Shown here one piece after another: positions 29,998 to 39,667 of a stretch of 64,000 bases of DNA; within the stretch, counting starts at the first letter, position 1, and every line of letters begins with the position of its first letter. The stretch covers positions 17,732 to 81,731 of the forward strand of contig CAVSWS010000040.1 of assembly GCA_963731765.1 (NCBI GenBank). The letters run 5' to 3'. A program made the translations under genes and the position numbers. Under the pieces are notes generated by a model. The model was given only the letters and a program-made list of their open reading frames with translations, was not told the origin of the DNA and ran no database searches. This DNA comes from an uncultured Chloroflexia bacterium (lineage in GTDB: Bacteria; Chloroflexota; Dehalococcoidia; DSTF01; WHTK01).

Positions 29998-30933
29998 ATG
30001 CTGTATAGAAGCATGCTTGATCTAATCGGCAATACACCGCTGGTGGAGATGCCGAACCTGAGCCCTTCGCCCACGGTGCGCTTTTTCGCGAAGCTGGAGG
30101 GGCAGAACCCGACCGGCAGCGTGAAGGACCGCATCGCCAAGGCGATGATCGAGGCGGCGGAGCGAGACGGCAAGCTGACGCCGGGCTGCACGATCCTGGA
30201 GCCGACGTCCGGCAACACGGGCGTGTCGCTGGCCTTCGTGGCGAAGCTGAAGGGCTACAAAGTCAAGGTCGTGATGCCGGACAACATGAGCCCGGAGCGC
30301 ACGTCGCTGCTGCGGGCCTACGGCGCCGAGATCGTGTACTCCGAAGGCGTCAAGGGCACCAACGGCTCGATTGTCGTGGCGCAGGAGATGGCGGAACAGG
30401 ACCCGAGCCTGGTGATGCTGTACCAGTACGGCAACGACGCCAACCCCGGCGCGCACTACGAGAGCACGGGGCCGGAGATCCTGCGGGACCTGCCGGAGAT
30501 CGACGTCTTCGTGGCGGGCCTGGGCACCGGCGGCACGCTGACGGGCACGGGTCGCTACTTGAAGGAAAAGAAGCCCAGCGTGAAGGTCGTGGCTTCGGCG
30601 CCGCACCCCGGCGACCGAGTGCAGGGGCTTCGCAGCCTGGACGAGGGGTTCATCCCGCCGGTGCTGGACCAGTCGCTGCTGGACGGTCGCATCGTGGTGG
30701 ACTCGAAGAACTCGTTCGCGGCCACGAAGGAGCTTTTGGACAAGGAAGGCATCTTCGCGGGCATTTCGGGCGGCGCGACGCTACGGGCGGCTCAGCGCGT
30801 AGGGTCTCGCATGGACCGGGCGAACATCGTGCTGCTGCTGGCGGACGGCGGGTGGAAATACCTTTCGACCGACCTGTGGAACACGGAGTACGAGGACCTG
30901 GCGGACGACCTGGACGAGAAGACCTGGTGGTAA
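29998..30933 (+). CDS. cysM: Sulfur-carrier-dependent cysteine synthase (CysM-type)
   Basis: KLEGQNPTGSVKDR, LYQYGN, GLRSLDEGFIP, ADGGWKYLST and a C-terminal Trp, as in mycobacterial CysM; follows a CysO-like carrier. Confidence 0.85.
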   Translation: MLYRSMLDLIGNTPLVEMPNLSPSPTVRFFAKLEGQNPTGSVKDRIAKAMIEAAERDGKLTPGCTILEPTSGNTGVSLAFVAKLKGYKVKVVMPDNMSPERTSLLRAYGAEIVYSEGVKGTNGSIVVAQEMAEQDPSLVMLYQYGNDANPGAHYESTGPEILRDLPEIDVFVAGLGTGGTLTGTGRYLKEKKPSVKVVASAPHPGDRVQGLRSLDEGFIPPVLDQSLLDGRIVVDSKNSFAATKELLDKEGIFAGISGGATLRAAQRVGSRMDRANIVLLLADGGWKYLSTDLWNTEYEDLADDLDEKTWW

Positions 30934-31044
30934 CTGCGTTACGGCGCGGGCTGCCGGTCATTGCATGACAGCATGGGGCCTGCCGCCGGCGTGGATGAGG
31001 CGGCATCAGGCAGATAAGGCGCCCCTTCGAGTCAAGAGAGATAA

Positions 31045-31081
31045 AGAGACCGTGGTCAGTCGCCACGGTCTCTCTATTTTC
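31045..31081 (+). terminator. Intrinsic terminator after cysM
   Basis: AGAGACCGTGG-N7-CCACGGTCTCT followed by CTATTTT. Confidence 0.7.
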
Positions 31082-31174
31082 CTCACTCCCTCTCCCTGAA
31101 GGGTGGGGGAACTACGTCGGGGCCTGGACGACGGGACAGTCGTTGAGGACGCGATGTGGGGCTAGACTGCGGGC

Positions 31175-31894
31175 GTGGATATGCAGCGGCCACGGGCGAT
31201 CTTCTTCGACCTGGACGACACGATCATCGACGACAGCTCGAACATCGAGGAGGCGTGGCTGGCGGCAGTCGAGAGCGAGTCGCGGGCGTTCGGGGGTGTG
31301 GCGCCGGGTGAGGTCGTTGCCGTAGTGCACGAGGTGCGCGGCCGGTACTGGTCAGACCCGGAGCGGCACCGCGTGGGGCGAGCCGATTTGCGGTCGGCCA
31401 GTACGAATATCCTGGCAGAGTGTTTGCGACGGTTCGGCATAGATGACCTGGCCCTGGCGCGACGGATTGCCGGGCACTACCGCGATCTGCGAGAGAATGG
31501 CCGTAGCCTGCTTCCCGGTGCGATCGAATCGCTGGAGCGAGTGCGCGGCCTCGGTATCACCTCCGCGCTGCTGACGAACGGCGATTCCGCAGGGCAGCGG
31601 GCGAAGCTGGCGCAGTTCGACCTGGCGCGGCATTTCGACTACATCTGCATCGAGGGGGAGTTCGGCTGCGGCAAGCCGGATGAGCGCGTGTACGCCGGGG
31701 CGCTGAAGGCGTTGGGCTGCGAGCCGCGCACGACGTGGATGGTCGGCGACAACCTGGAGTGGGACGTGGCGGCGCCAATGCGGTTGGGCATCAGCGGCAT
31801 CTGGCACGACCGGTTCAAAACGGGCCTACCGGAGGGCGCCAGCGTCACGCCGGACCGAGTGATCTTCGGCCTTTCGGAATTGCTGCCGGACTGA
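31175..31894 (+). CDS. HAD-superfamily hydrolase
   Basis: FFDLDDTI, LTNG, GKPD, MVGDNLEWD. Confidence 0.92.
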   Translation: MDMQRPRAIFFDLDDTIIDDSSNIEEAWLAAVESESRAFGGVAPGEVVAVVHEVRGRYWSDPERHRVGRADLRSASTNILAECLRRFGIDDLALARRIAGHYRDLRENGRSLLPGAIESLERVRGLGITSALLTNGDSAGQRAKLAQFDLARHFDYICIEGEFGCGKPDERVYAGALKALGCEPRTTWMVGDNLEWDVAAPMRLGISGIWHDRFKTGLPEGASVTPDRVIFGLSELLPD

Positions 31895-32007
31895 GCCGTC
31901 ATCACGTGGCGCTTCAGATACTTCGCTCTTCACGGACTCATTGACAACGGGCATGAAAATGTCGTTATGACTCTATTAATTCCGGCATTGCTACCGATGC
32001 TGTAAGC

Positions 32008-33937
32008 GTGGGGCATCTTTCTTTTCGCACGGCCGCACGTATTGGAACTGTGACCATGGCAGGCATCCTGGTCAGCATGGTCGTCATTGTCCTCGCGACG
32101 CTGCTCTGGAGCCGGCAGGAGGTCTCCGACCTCGAGTCGCAGATCGAGATTAGCAGCGCGTACAACCAGACGGCGATGAACGCGTCGCTCTCGTCCATCT
32201 ACTCGCAGCGTTATGGACAAAGCGGGGACCCGCAGGACCTGGCGCGACTACAAACTGCGCTGGTTGCGACGCTGCAGAGTGAGAACCGGATCAAGCAAAT
32301 CGGTACGGACGAAGACCGTGCCTACCTGGCCAACCTGGAGAGCCAGTACGCCGCCGACCTCCTGAAGGCAAGCCAGACCCTGACGGCGATCTCGGCGGGC
32401 AACTTCGATCCCGGCGCGGTTGGCGATTCCGGGGCGCTGACGGAAATTACGCAAGCGCTCACGGACCGGGCGGATGTGCAGCGCCAGACGGCGCTCGCCA
32501 ACCTCCATTCGGTCAGGTCGAGGACCGAAAGCCTCTCGGCTGGATCGATCCTGGTGCTGATGCTGGGCATGCCACTCGTCGTCGGGGCGTACGTCATGAC
32601 GCGCCGGTATGAGCACAAGGAGACCGTGCGCGAAACGGAGCTCGAACGCTTGAAAGAGGCCGCTCTAACGGACGGGCTCACGGGCCTGGCAAACCATCGG
32701 GCGTTCCAGGAGGACCTGCGACGAGAGGTGGCGCGGTCGGCCCGCCAGACTCGCCCGATCACAATTGCCATGCTGGACGTGGACGACTTCAAGGAAGTGA
32801 ACGACACCGAAGGTCACGCAAAGGGCGATGCGATGCTGGCGCAGCTTGCGGGTCTGATGGTGCACCTGCGCGGGCAGGACCGGCCCTATCGTGTCGGCGG
32901 GGACGAGTTCGCGCTGATCATGCCGGAGACAGACGAGACTGAGGCAGCGGCAGCGCTGGAGCGGCTGAGGGCGCTGATCGAAGCGAGCCTACCGAAGGCG
33001 ACGATGAGCATCGGCTTCGCGAGCACGCACCTGGCGGTGTCGCCCGAGACGCTCAGGGACCACGCCGACCTTGCCCTGTACGAATCGAAGCGCCACGGCA
33101 AGAACCAGGTCACGGCTTTCACGGAGGGAATGATCCAGGGCATCGAGATGACGACATCGAGGGCACTGGCGCTAAGACGGGTACTGGACAGCGGCACGAT
33201 CGAGATGTGGTACCAGCCCATATATCACTTCCAGACGAAGGAACTGCTCGCGTTCGAATCGCTACTGCGTCTACCCGACCGAACCAGAGATCGAGGGGCC
33301 GCAGGAGGCGTTCAAGATCGCGGAGGGCCTGGGCAAGGCGCGCGAGCTGGACATGCTCTGCGTCGCCGGAGCCCTGCGCTCCGCCGACGACCTTCCGGAT
33401 GACGTGAAGCTGTTCATCAACCTGGACCCCGCCACACTGGCAAGCTCGCGATTTTCGATGCAAGAACTCGTGGACATCGTTGCGGCGTCCCGTTTCAAGC
33501 CGCAGCAGATCGTGTTCGAGGTCACGGAGCAGACCGTCGTACCGGTCGACTTGCTGAAGGCGCAGATCGACGCGATCCGCCAGGAGGGTTTCGGCGTAGC
33601 CCTGGACGACGTCGGTACGGGAAACGCCGGGCTGGAGCTGATGCGCCTGATCAAGTTCGATTATGTGAAGATCGACCGCTCCGTGATCATCGATGCGAGC
33701 GAGGGCGGCCAGGGGCGAGCCGTCATTCTGGCAATCGTGGCGTTCGCGCGTGAGACCAACTCCTTCATGATCGCTGAGGGTGTCGAGGATGCGTCGATCT
33801 TGCAGGGGATCCAGCTGGATGAGCCGGGCCTGCGAGAGTTCTGGGTGCGCGGCGTGCAGGGCTTCCTGCTGGGCGAGCCGCGTGCGTCAATCGAGAGCTT
33901 CCTCGATGTTGCCCATCGCCGGAAACACGCCGCCTAG
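32008..33937 (+). CDS. Membrane GGDEF-EAL protein; apparent +1 frameshift near 33281
   Basis: Two TM, TDGLTGL, DVDDFKEVND, RxxD I-site, GGDEF, FESLLR; then FEVTE, DDVGTG, KIDR, AEGVE, QGFLL in the next frame. Confidence 0.88.
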
Positions 33938-34381
33938 CCGGAGGGTCAGGACGGATCGCCGGCTGCGACCCCGTCCGGAAGGTTGCCTTGGAAGCAGGCC
34001 GGCATCTCGAAGGATGCGAGCCGGCTCGGGGCTGGCAGGTCCGCCCGGGAAGGTGAGCAGGATGCCGACGGCGGGGATGCGCGTGTCGGTCTGCAGGCGT
34101 CGCATGTACTCTTCGACGCCCCAGTGCATGAGGACGCGACGAAGAATGGTCGCGTCGCCGGCGGGCCTTTCGTTGCGCTCGAGCTCGGCGCGCAGACGGT
34201 CGAGGGCGTCCCATGTCATCCAGACCATGAGCTTGCGGGGCGGGCCGTCGTCAAAGATGAGGTTGAGCTCGCCGCCGACACGGGCGCCGGAGGACGATGC
34301 AGGCGTGAAGGAGACGGCGCCGGGCTTCGACGACTGCACGGCGGTTGCGGATTGAGATGACTTCGTCCTGAAGAACCCCAC
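33887..34381 (-). CDS. Hypothetical protein; true stop may lie near 33946 if one G is spurious
   Basis: GGAGG SD before the GTG; the annotated C-terminus overlaps the EAL gene. Confidence 0.6.
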   Translation of the reverse strand: MGFFRTKSSQSATAVQSSKPGAVSFTPASSSGARVGGELNLIFDDGPPRKLMVWMTWDALDRLRAELERNERPAGDATILRRVLMHWGVEEYMRRLQTDTRIPAVGILLTFPGGPASPEPARILRDAGLLPRQPSGRGRSRRSVLTLRLGGVFPAMGNIEEALD

Positions 34382-34518
34382 GATGATCCTCCCCTGGGTG
34401 CTGCGAACTTCGAGGGAGTAATCCGGTTTCGAGGGCTAAAGGTTTCGGGTGAGAACGTCACTTTCCTGAAAAAGCGGGGATTGGTCGCAAGACAGGGCGC
34501 AACGTCTTCACGAGAGGT

Positions 34519-34778
34519 GCCTCACCGGCGCTCCGACACGCCGATGCCGCCTCACCCTGGCCCTCTCCCCCGGAGGGGCGAGGGAACTATGGCCTTACCC
34601 ATCCCGCAATACGCCATTTCGACAGTCGGACGTCCATGACCCCAGGACGGCGGAGCCATCTTGTGCGAAAGCCCGCCGAGGCCCCAAAGCCCTCGGAGAT
34701 GCCTCACCGGCGCTCCGATGCGCCGATGCCCCCTCACCCTAGCCCTCTCCCCCGGAGGGGCGAGGGAACTATGGCCTT
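34519..34778. repeat. Two about 80-bp direct repeats containing the CCCTCACCC palindrome
   Basis: GCCTCACCGGCGCTCCGA...GAGGGAACTATGGCCTT at about 34519-34597 and 34701-34778. Confidence 0.85.
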
Positions 34779-34795
34779 GCTCCTCCGAGAAGAGG

Positions 34796-36073
34796 TCAGG
34801 GGACCAGCTTGTAGATGCCGCCGTGGGCGAGATCGAGGGCGTAGAGCTCGCCGGTGTTGTCCTGGGCGAGAGAGCTGACGTTGAGGTCGGTTTCGGCGAT
34901 GGTCTCTTGTTCGGTGAGGATGCCTTTGTCCGCGCGAAGGGCGTAGATTTCGCCGCTGCAGTAGTCGGAGAAGACGTAGGCACCGCGGAGATCGGGGATG
35001 GCGCTGCCGCGGTAGACGAAGCCGCCGGTGACGGCGCAGGTGCCGCCGCTGCCCGTGGCGTAATCGAAGACGGGTGGCAGGAGTCCGGTCTTGTCGCAGC
35101 TGGAGCCGCCGCCGCGACAGTCGAAGCCTTCCATGATGTTCCAGCCGTAGTTGCCACCTCGCTGGACGAGATCGATTTCCTCGCGAGTGTTCTGGCCGAC
35201 ATCGCCGACCCAGAGCTGGCCCGTGTCGCGGTCGAAGGAGAAGCGCCAGGGGTTACGGAAACCGTAGGCCCAGATTTCGGGGCGAGCACTGCCGTGGTCG
35301 GCGAAGGGGTTGTCGGCGGGCACCGTGTAGGTCGCGTCGTTGCCGGAGACGTCGACGCGGAGGATGGTGGCGAGGAGGGTGCTGAGGTTCTGGCCGTTGC
35401 CGCTGGGATCGTTGCCGCTGCCGCCGTCGCCGAGGCCGATGTAGAGGTAGCCGTCCGGCCCGAAAGCGAGCTGACCACCGTTGTGGTTGGGGAAGGGCTG
35501 GTCCACTTTGAGAAGCTGCTGCTCGCTGATGGGATCGGCGCTGAGACCGTCGGCGGCGGCGTGGAAGCGGGAGACGACGGTCTGGCCGCCTCCGGTGTAG
35601 TCGAGGTAGAAGACGCGCGAGGTCTCGAAGTCTGGCGCGAGGGCCATGCCCAGCAGACCCATCTCGTTGCCACCGGAGTCGACGCGGTCGGTGATGTCGA
35701 GCCAGAGCGTCGACTTGCCGGTGGCGGCATCGATGCGCTGAACGCGGCCGGCCCGCTCCGTGACGTACCAGTTGCCATCGGTGTCCTGATACATGCCGGT
35801 CATGCCCTCGAAGCTCAGGGACGGGAAGACGCGCTGGAGGTGGATCTGCGGCAACGCAGGCGCGGGCGTGGCAGTAGGGATCGAGTCTCCATCGGGCACG
35901 CGAGCGGTGGGCGAGGCGGTCGCGTCGGGAGATGAGGGCGTGGTGGGCGAGACGGGTGGGGAGCCTTGAAAGGCATTGTCGTCGCCGCTACTACAGGCAG
36001 CCGTCAGCACCAGGAGCGCTGCGACGATTGGGAGGAGGAGGTAACGAAGCGCCGGTCGATGGGTCAGGAGCAC
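34796..36073 (-). CDS. PQQ-dependent glucose/sorbosone dehydrogenase family lipoprotein
   Basis: Lipobox LTAAC, EMGLLGMA, NHNGGQLAFGPDGYLY, EIWAYGFRNPWR, GGNYGW. Confidence 0.92.
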   Translation of the reverse strand: MLLTHRPALRYLLLPIVAALLVLTAACSSGDDNAFQGSPPVSPTTPSSPDATASPTARVPDGDSIPTATPAPALPQIHLQRVFPSLSFEGMTGMYQDTDGNWYVTERAGRVQRIDAATGKSTLWLDITDRVDSGGNEMGLLGMALAPDFETSRVFYLDYTGGGQTVVSRFHAAADGLSADPISEQQLLKVDQPFPNHNGGQLAFGPDGYLYIGLGDGGSGNDPSGNGQNLSTLLATILRVDVSGNDATYTVPADNPFADHGSARPEIWAYGFRNPWRFSFDRDTGQLWVGDVGQNTREEIDLVQRGGNYGWNIMEGFDCRGGGSSCDKTGLLPPVFDYATGSGGTCAVTGGFVYRGSAIPDLRGAYVFSDYCSGEIYALRADKGILTEQETIAETDLNVSSLAQDNTGELYALDLAHGGIYKLVP

Positions 36074-36130
36074 CGATCCAAGGTATCAAGGCGGGCGTTC
36101 AAGAAGCCACAACGCTGGTAGAGTCGCGGC

Positions 36131-37027
36131 ATGGCGAAAGCGCGGGGCTTCGACTACGCGATGCTGGCGATCGGCGTGCTGGCGGTGAGCACGGCGGCGA
36201 TCATCATCCGGGAGGCCGATGCGCCATCGCTCGTGATCGCGGCGTACCGGCTGGTGCTGGCGTCGGTGCCGATGCTGGCGTTCTCGGCGTACAGGCGGGA
36301 AAGGTTGCTGCCGCATACGGGGGAGCGCATCGGCCTGACGCTGCTGGCGGGCGTGAGCCTGGCGCTGCACTTCGCGTTCTGGATCACGTCGGTGAAGGAG
36401 ACGTCGGTCGTGACGTCCGTGGTGCTGGTGTCGATGGCGCCGCTGTTCGTGTCGGTGGCGTCGGGGCCGCTGCTGGGGGAGCGACCGGCGCGGGCGGTGT
36501 GGTACGGGCTGGCGATCACGGCGCTGGGTACGTTGATCATGGTGAGCGACGACTTCGGGGCGGGCGGCGACACGCTGCGAGGCGACCTGTATGCGCTGAT
36601 CGGCGCCGGCTTCACGACGGTGTTCCTGCTGGTGGGGCGGCGGATGCTGGCGACGGAGGGTCGGTGGCTGCCTTACTCGACGGGGACGTACAGCGTGGCG
36701 GCGGTGACGCTGGTGGCCTTCGTGGCGATCGCGGGCGACCCGGTGACGGGCTTCGGGACGATGACGTATGTGTACATGGTGTTGCTGGCGCTGGTGCCGC
36801 AGATCATCGGGCACACGGCGCTGAACCGGTCGCTGGGCTACCTGCCGGCGTTCGCGGTGGCGCTGGCGATCCAGGGCGAGCCGGTGGCATCGACCGTGCT
36901 GGCGGCTGTGTTGCTGAACGAGATACCGACGGGGCTGGAGCTGGCCGGCGGCGCGCTGGTGCTGGCGGGCGTGTACATCGGCCTGCGGCCCAGCCGAGCG
37001 AAATCGATTGTGGCGCGAGCGCCGTAG
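36131..37027 (+). CDS. DMT/EamA transporter
   Basis: Ten TM; ALHFAFWITS, GHTALN, EPVAS. Confidence 0.92.
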   Translation: MAKARGFDYAMLAIGVLAVSTAAIIIREADAPSLVIAAYRLVLASVPMLAFSAYRRERLLPHTGERIGLTLLAGVSLALHFAFWITSVKETSVVTSVVLVSMAPLFVSVASGPLLGERPARAVWYGLAITALGTLIMVSDDFGAGGDTLRGDLYALIGAGFTTVFLLVGRRMLATEGRWLPYSTGTYSVAAVTLVAFVAIAGDPVTGFGTMTYVYMVLLALVPQIIGHTALNRSLGYLPAFAVALAIQGEPVASTVLAAVLLNEIPTGLELAGGALVLAGVYIGLRPSRAKSIVARAP

Positions 37028-37032
37028 GGACG

Positions 37033-37125
37033 ACCCCTCGCCTTAATCCCTCCCCGTTTACGGAGAGGGACATCTCGCCGTACTGGGTATCGCGCGGCTG
37101 GCGGGCGGCTTGTGGTGTGGGGGAC
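37033..37125. repeat. Extended dispersed repeat, copy 1 of 3
   Basis: CCCCTC(G)CCTTAATCCCTCCCCGTTTACGGAGAGGGACATCTCGCCGTACTGG...; matches 41144 and 43033. Confidence 0.85.
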
Positions 37126-37132
37126 ATCACGC

Positions 37133-37450
37133 TCAGGGGGTGGCCACCCAGATGGCGCCGTCTTCGAGCTTGACGGGGAAGTGGTGGATGGCGTCGGGGG
37201 CGACGCGGCAGGCGTTCATGGTGCGGTTGGGGACGTTGAGGAGGATGCCGTGGCCGGGGCAGACGATCTCCTCGCCGTCGAGCTCGCCGTTGGCGAGGGC
37301 CCAGGCCTGGTGGGGGCATCGGTTGCCGATGGCGTAGATTTGGCCATCGATGTTGGCGAGGCAGAGCACCTCTTCGCCAGCCTTGGCCTGGAGGAGCTGG
37401 CCCGGCGGCAGGTCATCGGCGTTGGCAACTCTCACGTAGTGTTCCGGCAT
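37133..37450 (-). CDS. Rieske [2Fe-2S] ferredoxin
   Basis: CPH...CPGHG motifs; GGAGG SD. Confidence 0.88.
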   Translation of the reverse strand: MPEHYVRVANADDLPPGQLLQAKAGEEVLCLANIDGQIYAIGNRCPHQAWALANGELDGEEIVCPGHGILLNVPNRTMNACRVAPDAIHHFPVKLEDGAIWVATP

Positions 37451-37473
37451 CGATTCCCTCCTGGCGTCTCGGA

Positions 37474-39078
37474 CTAGTTGAGGCCGACGAGCTTACGCAG
37501 CAGGTCCGGCGCGTCGTCAGGGGCCGCGTCGCCGGCCCACGCTACGTAGTGGTCGGGGCGGACGAGGACGAGATGGGACTCGTAGCGCTGACGGCCGCCG
37601 GCACGGGAATCGCGGATCACTCGCAGGGGGATGCAGTATTTGGCGGCGGCTTGCTCGATGGCTTCGACGTCCGCTTCGGGCGCATCGAGGGCGAGGAGGG
37701 CGAAGTCGCGGCCGAGCTCTTCGGGCAGGTATCGACCGCCCGAAAGGGCCTGAGGCGAGAGGTGGTGTCCGGGACGCGCCTTGAAGCTGAACTCGCCGTG
37801 GGCACTGCAGACGCCGTCGGGCGGGCCGGCGACGACGGACGAGCCTTCGTAGTGGGGCTCGTAAGTGAGGCCGCGGTTACCGCCGGTGTCCTCGAAGTCG
37901 GCCCAGGCCTTCTCGAACTCTTCGGGGTCCTTCTCAGGGCTGTAGCGCGCGAGGAATTCGCCTTCCTTCTCCATGCCGCGGGCGATGAAGTCTTCGCCGA
38001 CCTCCCAGAAGACGGGGCGGCGCTCCTGGCTGTAGGAATCGAGGAGCATGTCGCCGCCCCAGCCCTGGAGCTTCGCTGCGAGCTTCCAGCCGAGGTTACG
38101 GATGTCTTCGAGGCCGTTGTTGAGACCGAAGCCCCCGAAGGGCGGATGGCTGTGGGCAGCATCGCCGGCGATGAAGACGCGGCCAACCTGGTAGTCCTTC
38201 GCTATCGAGACGCGCATGTCCCAGAAGCCCTTGTACTCGAACTCCGCTTCGACGTCGAAGCCGGCGCCGCGACTGAGCAGGGCCTGGAAGTCGAACGTGG
38301 AGGGATCGGCATCGTTGGGGACAGGGGCGAGCTGGAAGAACGACTCGCCGACGACGACGCGGCCGTGCATCATCGGGTAGCCCTTGTAGTCGGGATCGAG
38401 GACGCGGTAGGTGGAGCCGTGGGGGAAGCGCTCGAGGGCCTGATGGAACTGGGGCGACTTGAAGACGGAGAGCGCCATCTTCTGCTCGAAGTCGGTGCCG
38501 GCGCGCTCGATGCCGACCTGCTCCCGGACGATCGAGCGGGCGCCGTCGCAGCCGACCACGTAGTCGCCTTCGATGACCTGGTCCTCGTAGGGCCAGACGT
38601 GGTCCTCGACCGTGACCCGCACGCCGTTTTCGTCCTGCTCGACCTTGCGCGCCGACTTTTCGAACAGGAGCTTGACGGTCGGCAGCGTGGCCGCCTTTTT
38701 GCGCATGACGGCCTCGTGGCAGTACTGCGGCATGCGGTCGTTGTCCTCGAAGTAGTGAGGGCGGATGAAGTTGCGATTGCTGCGGGTGTTGGTGCGCTGC
38801 CCCCACCAGTACTCGCCCATGAGGTTCTTGTAGGCCGTGATGCCGCCGATGGGATAGCCCTTCGGCATGAGTCGGGCCTCTCGCACTTCATCGACGATGC
38901 CCCAGGTGTAGAAGTGCTCCAGGGTGCGGGGCATGAGGCTCTGGCCCTTCGGGATGTTGGCCAGCTCCTTGTGGCGCTCGATGACGACGCAGTCGATGCC
39001 GCGCAGGCCGAGCTCGAGCGAGAGGCCGACGCCTACGGGGCCGCCGCCCACGATGATTACTTGATGCCGCTCGGCCAT
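37474..39078 (-). CDS. FAD-dependent monooxygenase (aromatic hydroxylase family)
   Basis: VGGGPVG, GCDGARS, GDAAH, FGLNNGLED..NLGWKL, LVRPD. Confidence 0.92.
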   Translation of the reverse strand: MAERHQVIIVGGGPVGVGLSLELGLRGIDCVVIERHKELANIPKGQSLMPRTLEHFYTWGIVDEVREARLMPKGYPIGGITAYKNLMGEYWWGQRTNTRSNRNFIRPHYFEDNDRMPQYCHEAVMRKKAATLPTVKLLFEKSARKVEQDENGVRVTVEDHVWPYEDQVIEGDYVVGCDGARSIVREQVGIERAGTDFEQKMALSVFKSPQFHQALERFPHGSTYRVLDPDYKGYPMMHGRVVVGESFFQLAPVPNDADPSTFDFQALLSRGAGFDVEAEFEYKGFWDMRVSIAKDYQVGRVFIAGDAAHSHPPFGGFGLNNGLEDIRNLGWKLAAKLQGWGGDMLLDSYSQERRPVFWEVGEDFIARGMEKEGEFLARYSPEKDPEEFEKAWADFEDTGGNRGLTYEPHYEGSSVVAGPPDGVCSAHGEFSFKARPGHHLSPQALSGGRYLPEELGRDFALLALDAPEADVEAIEQAAAKYCIPLRVIRDSRAGGRQRYESHLVLVRPDHYVAWAGDAAPDDAPDLLRKLVGLN

Positions 39079-39180
39079 TCGAGCCTCCCCCGTGATGCGT
39101 CTAACGCGGGCAATTTGGCATTCGCTGCCAGTGGAGGCAAGTTAGATGACGGGCGGGGGAATGTCTACCGGAGAGGGCTT

Positions 39181-39217
39181 CTGGTTGTTGGTGGTCGGTT
39201 GTTGGTTTTCGGTCCCG
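39181..39217. repeat. Degenerate heptamer array (YYGGTTG)
   Basis: ctggttg ttggtgg tcggttg ttggttt tcggtcc. Confidence 0.65.
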
Positions 39218-39243
39218 GAGAACTGAGCGAGGTCAGCGGCCGT

Positions 39244-39483
39244 CTAGATGTTCGTGTTTTCCAAGCGCGCGGCCCAGGCGTCGTTGCTGCCGAGGTTGGG
39301 GTTGCGGAGGCTGGTCACGGTGTAGCCGGCGACCTCATCCCAGCGGAAGTAGCCGACCTCGTTGTTGCCGAAGAAGCATCGCAGGACCTGCGACGAGGTG
39401 TTTTCGCCGGCGCTCTCGAGGCGGACGTAGTTGGCGTCCGGGATCGGGGCTTTCTCACCGTTCTTGAGGTAGACAACGACCAT
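39244..39483 (-). CDS. Hypothetical protein (79 aa)
   Basis: AAGGTG SD; MVVVYLKNGEK...FRWDEVAGY. Confidence 0.7.
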   Translation of the reverse strand: MVVVYLKNGEKAPIPDANYVRLESAGENTSSQVLRCFFGNNEVGYFRWDEVAGYTVTSLRNPNLGSNDAWAARLENTNI

Positions 39484-39604
39484 GGCAACACCTTTCGAGC
39501 TGCGGGTTGAAGACGGTTTCATGGGGATGATCGGCAGGTCGAGGGTGGAGATGAAGTCGGGGCGAGGCGCGACCGCGGGGCGATCGGGCAAGCGCCATTT
39601 ACAA

Positions 39605-39637
39605 AGAGGCACTCCATCAGTGCGATGGAGTGCCTCT
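39605..39637 (-). terminator. Terminator after clpP
   Basis: Perfect 14-bp stem AGAGGCACTCCATC/GATGGAGTGCCTCT. Confidence 0.75.
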
Positions 39638-39667
39638 CATTCCGGGTGATCTGGCGGTGCTGGCGCT

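Noticed and set aside
34519-34778. Repeat-spacer-repeat as a CRISPR array
   Set aside because: Only two units of about 80 bp with a 100-bp spacer, no cas genes; the unit belongs to a dispersed palindrome family.
37549-39510. 653-aa plus-strand ORF and similar long ORFs (34661..35935, 43981..45639, 48975..50573, 15172..16341)
   Set aside because: Antisense or off-frame shadows of well-supported genes, expected at high GC; no motifs.
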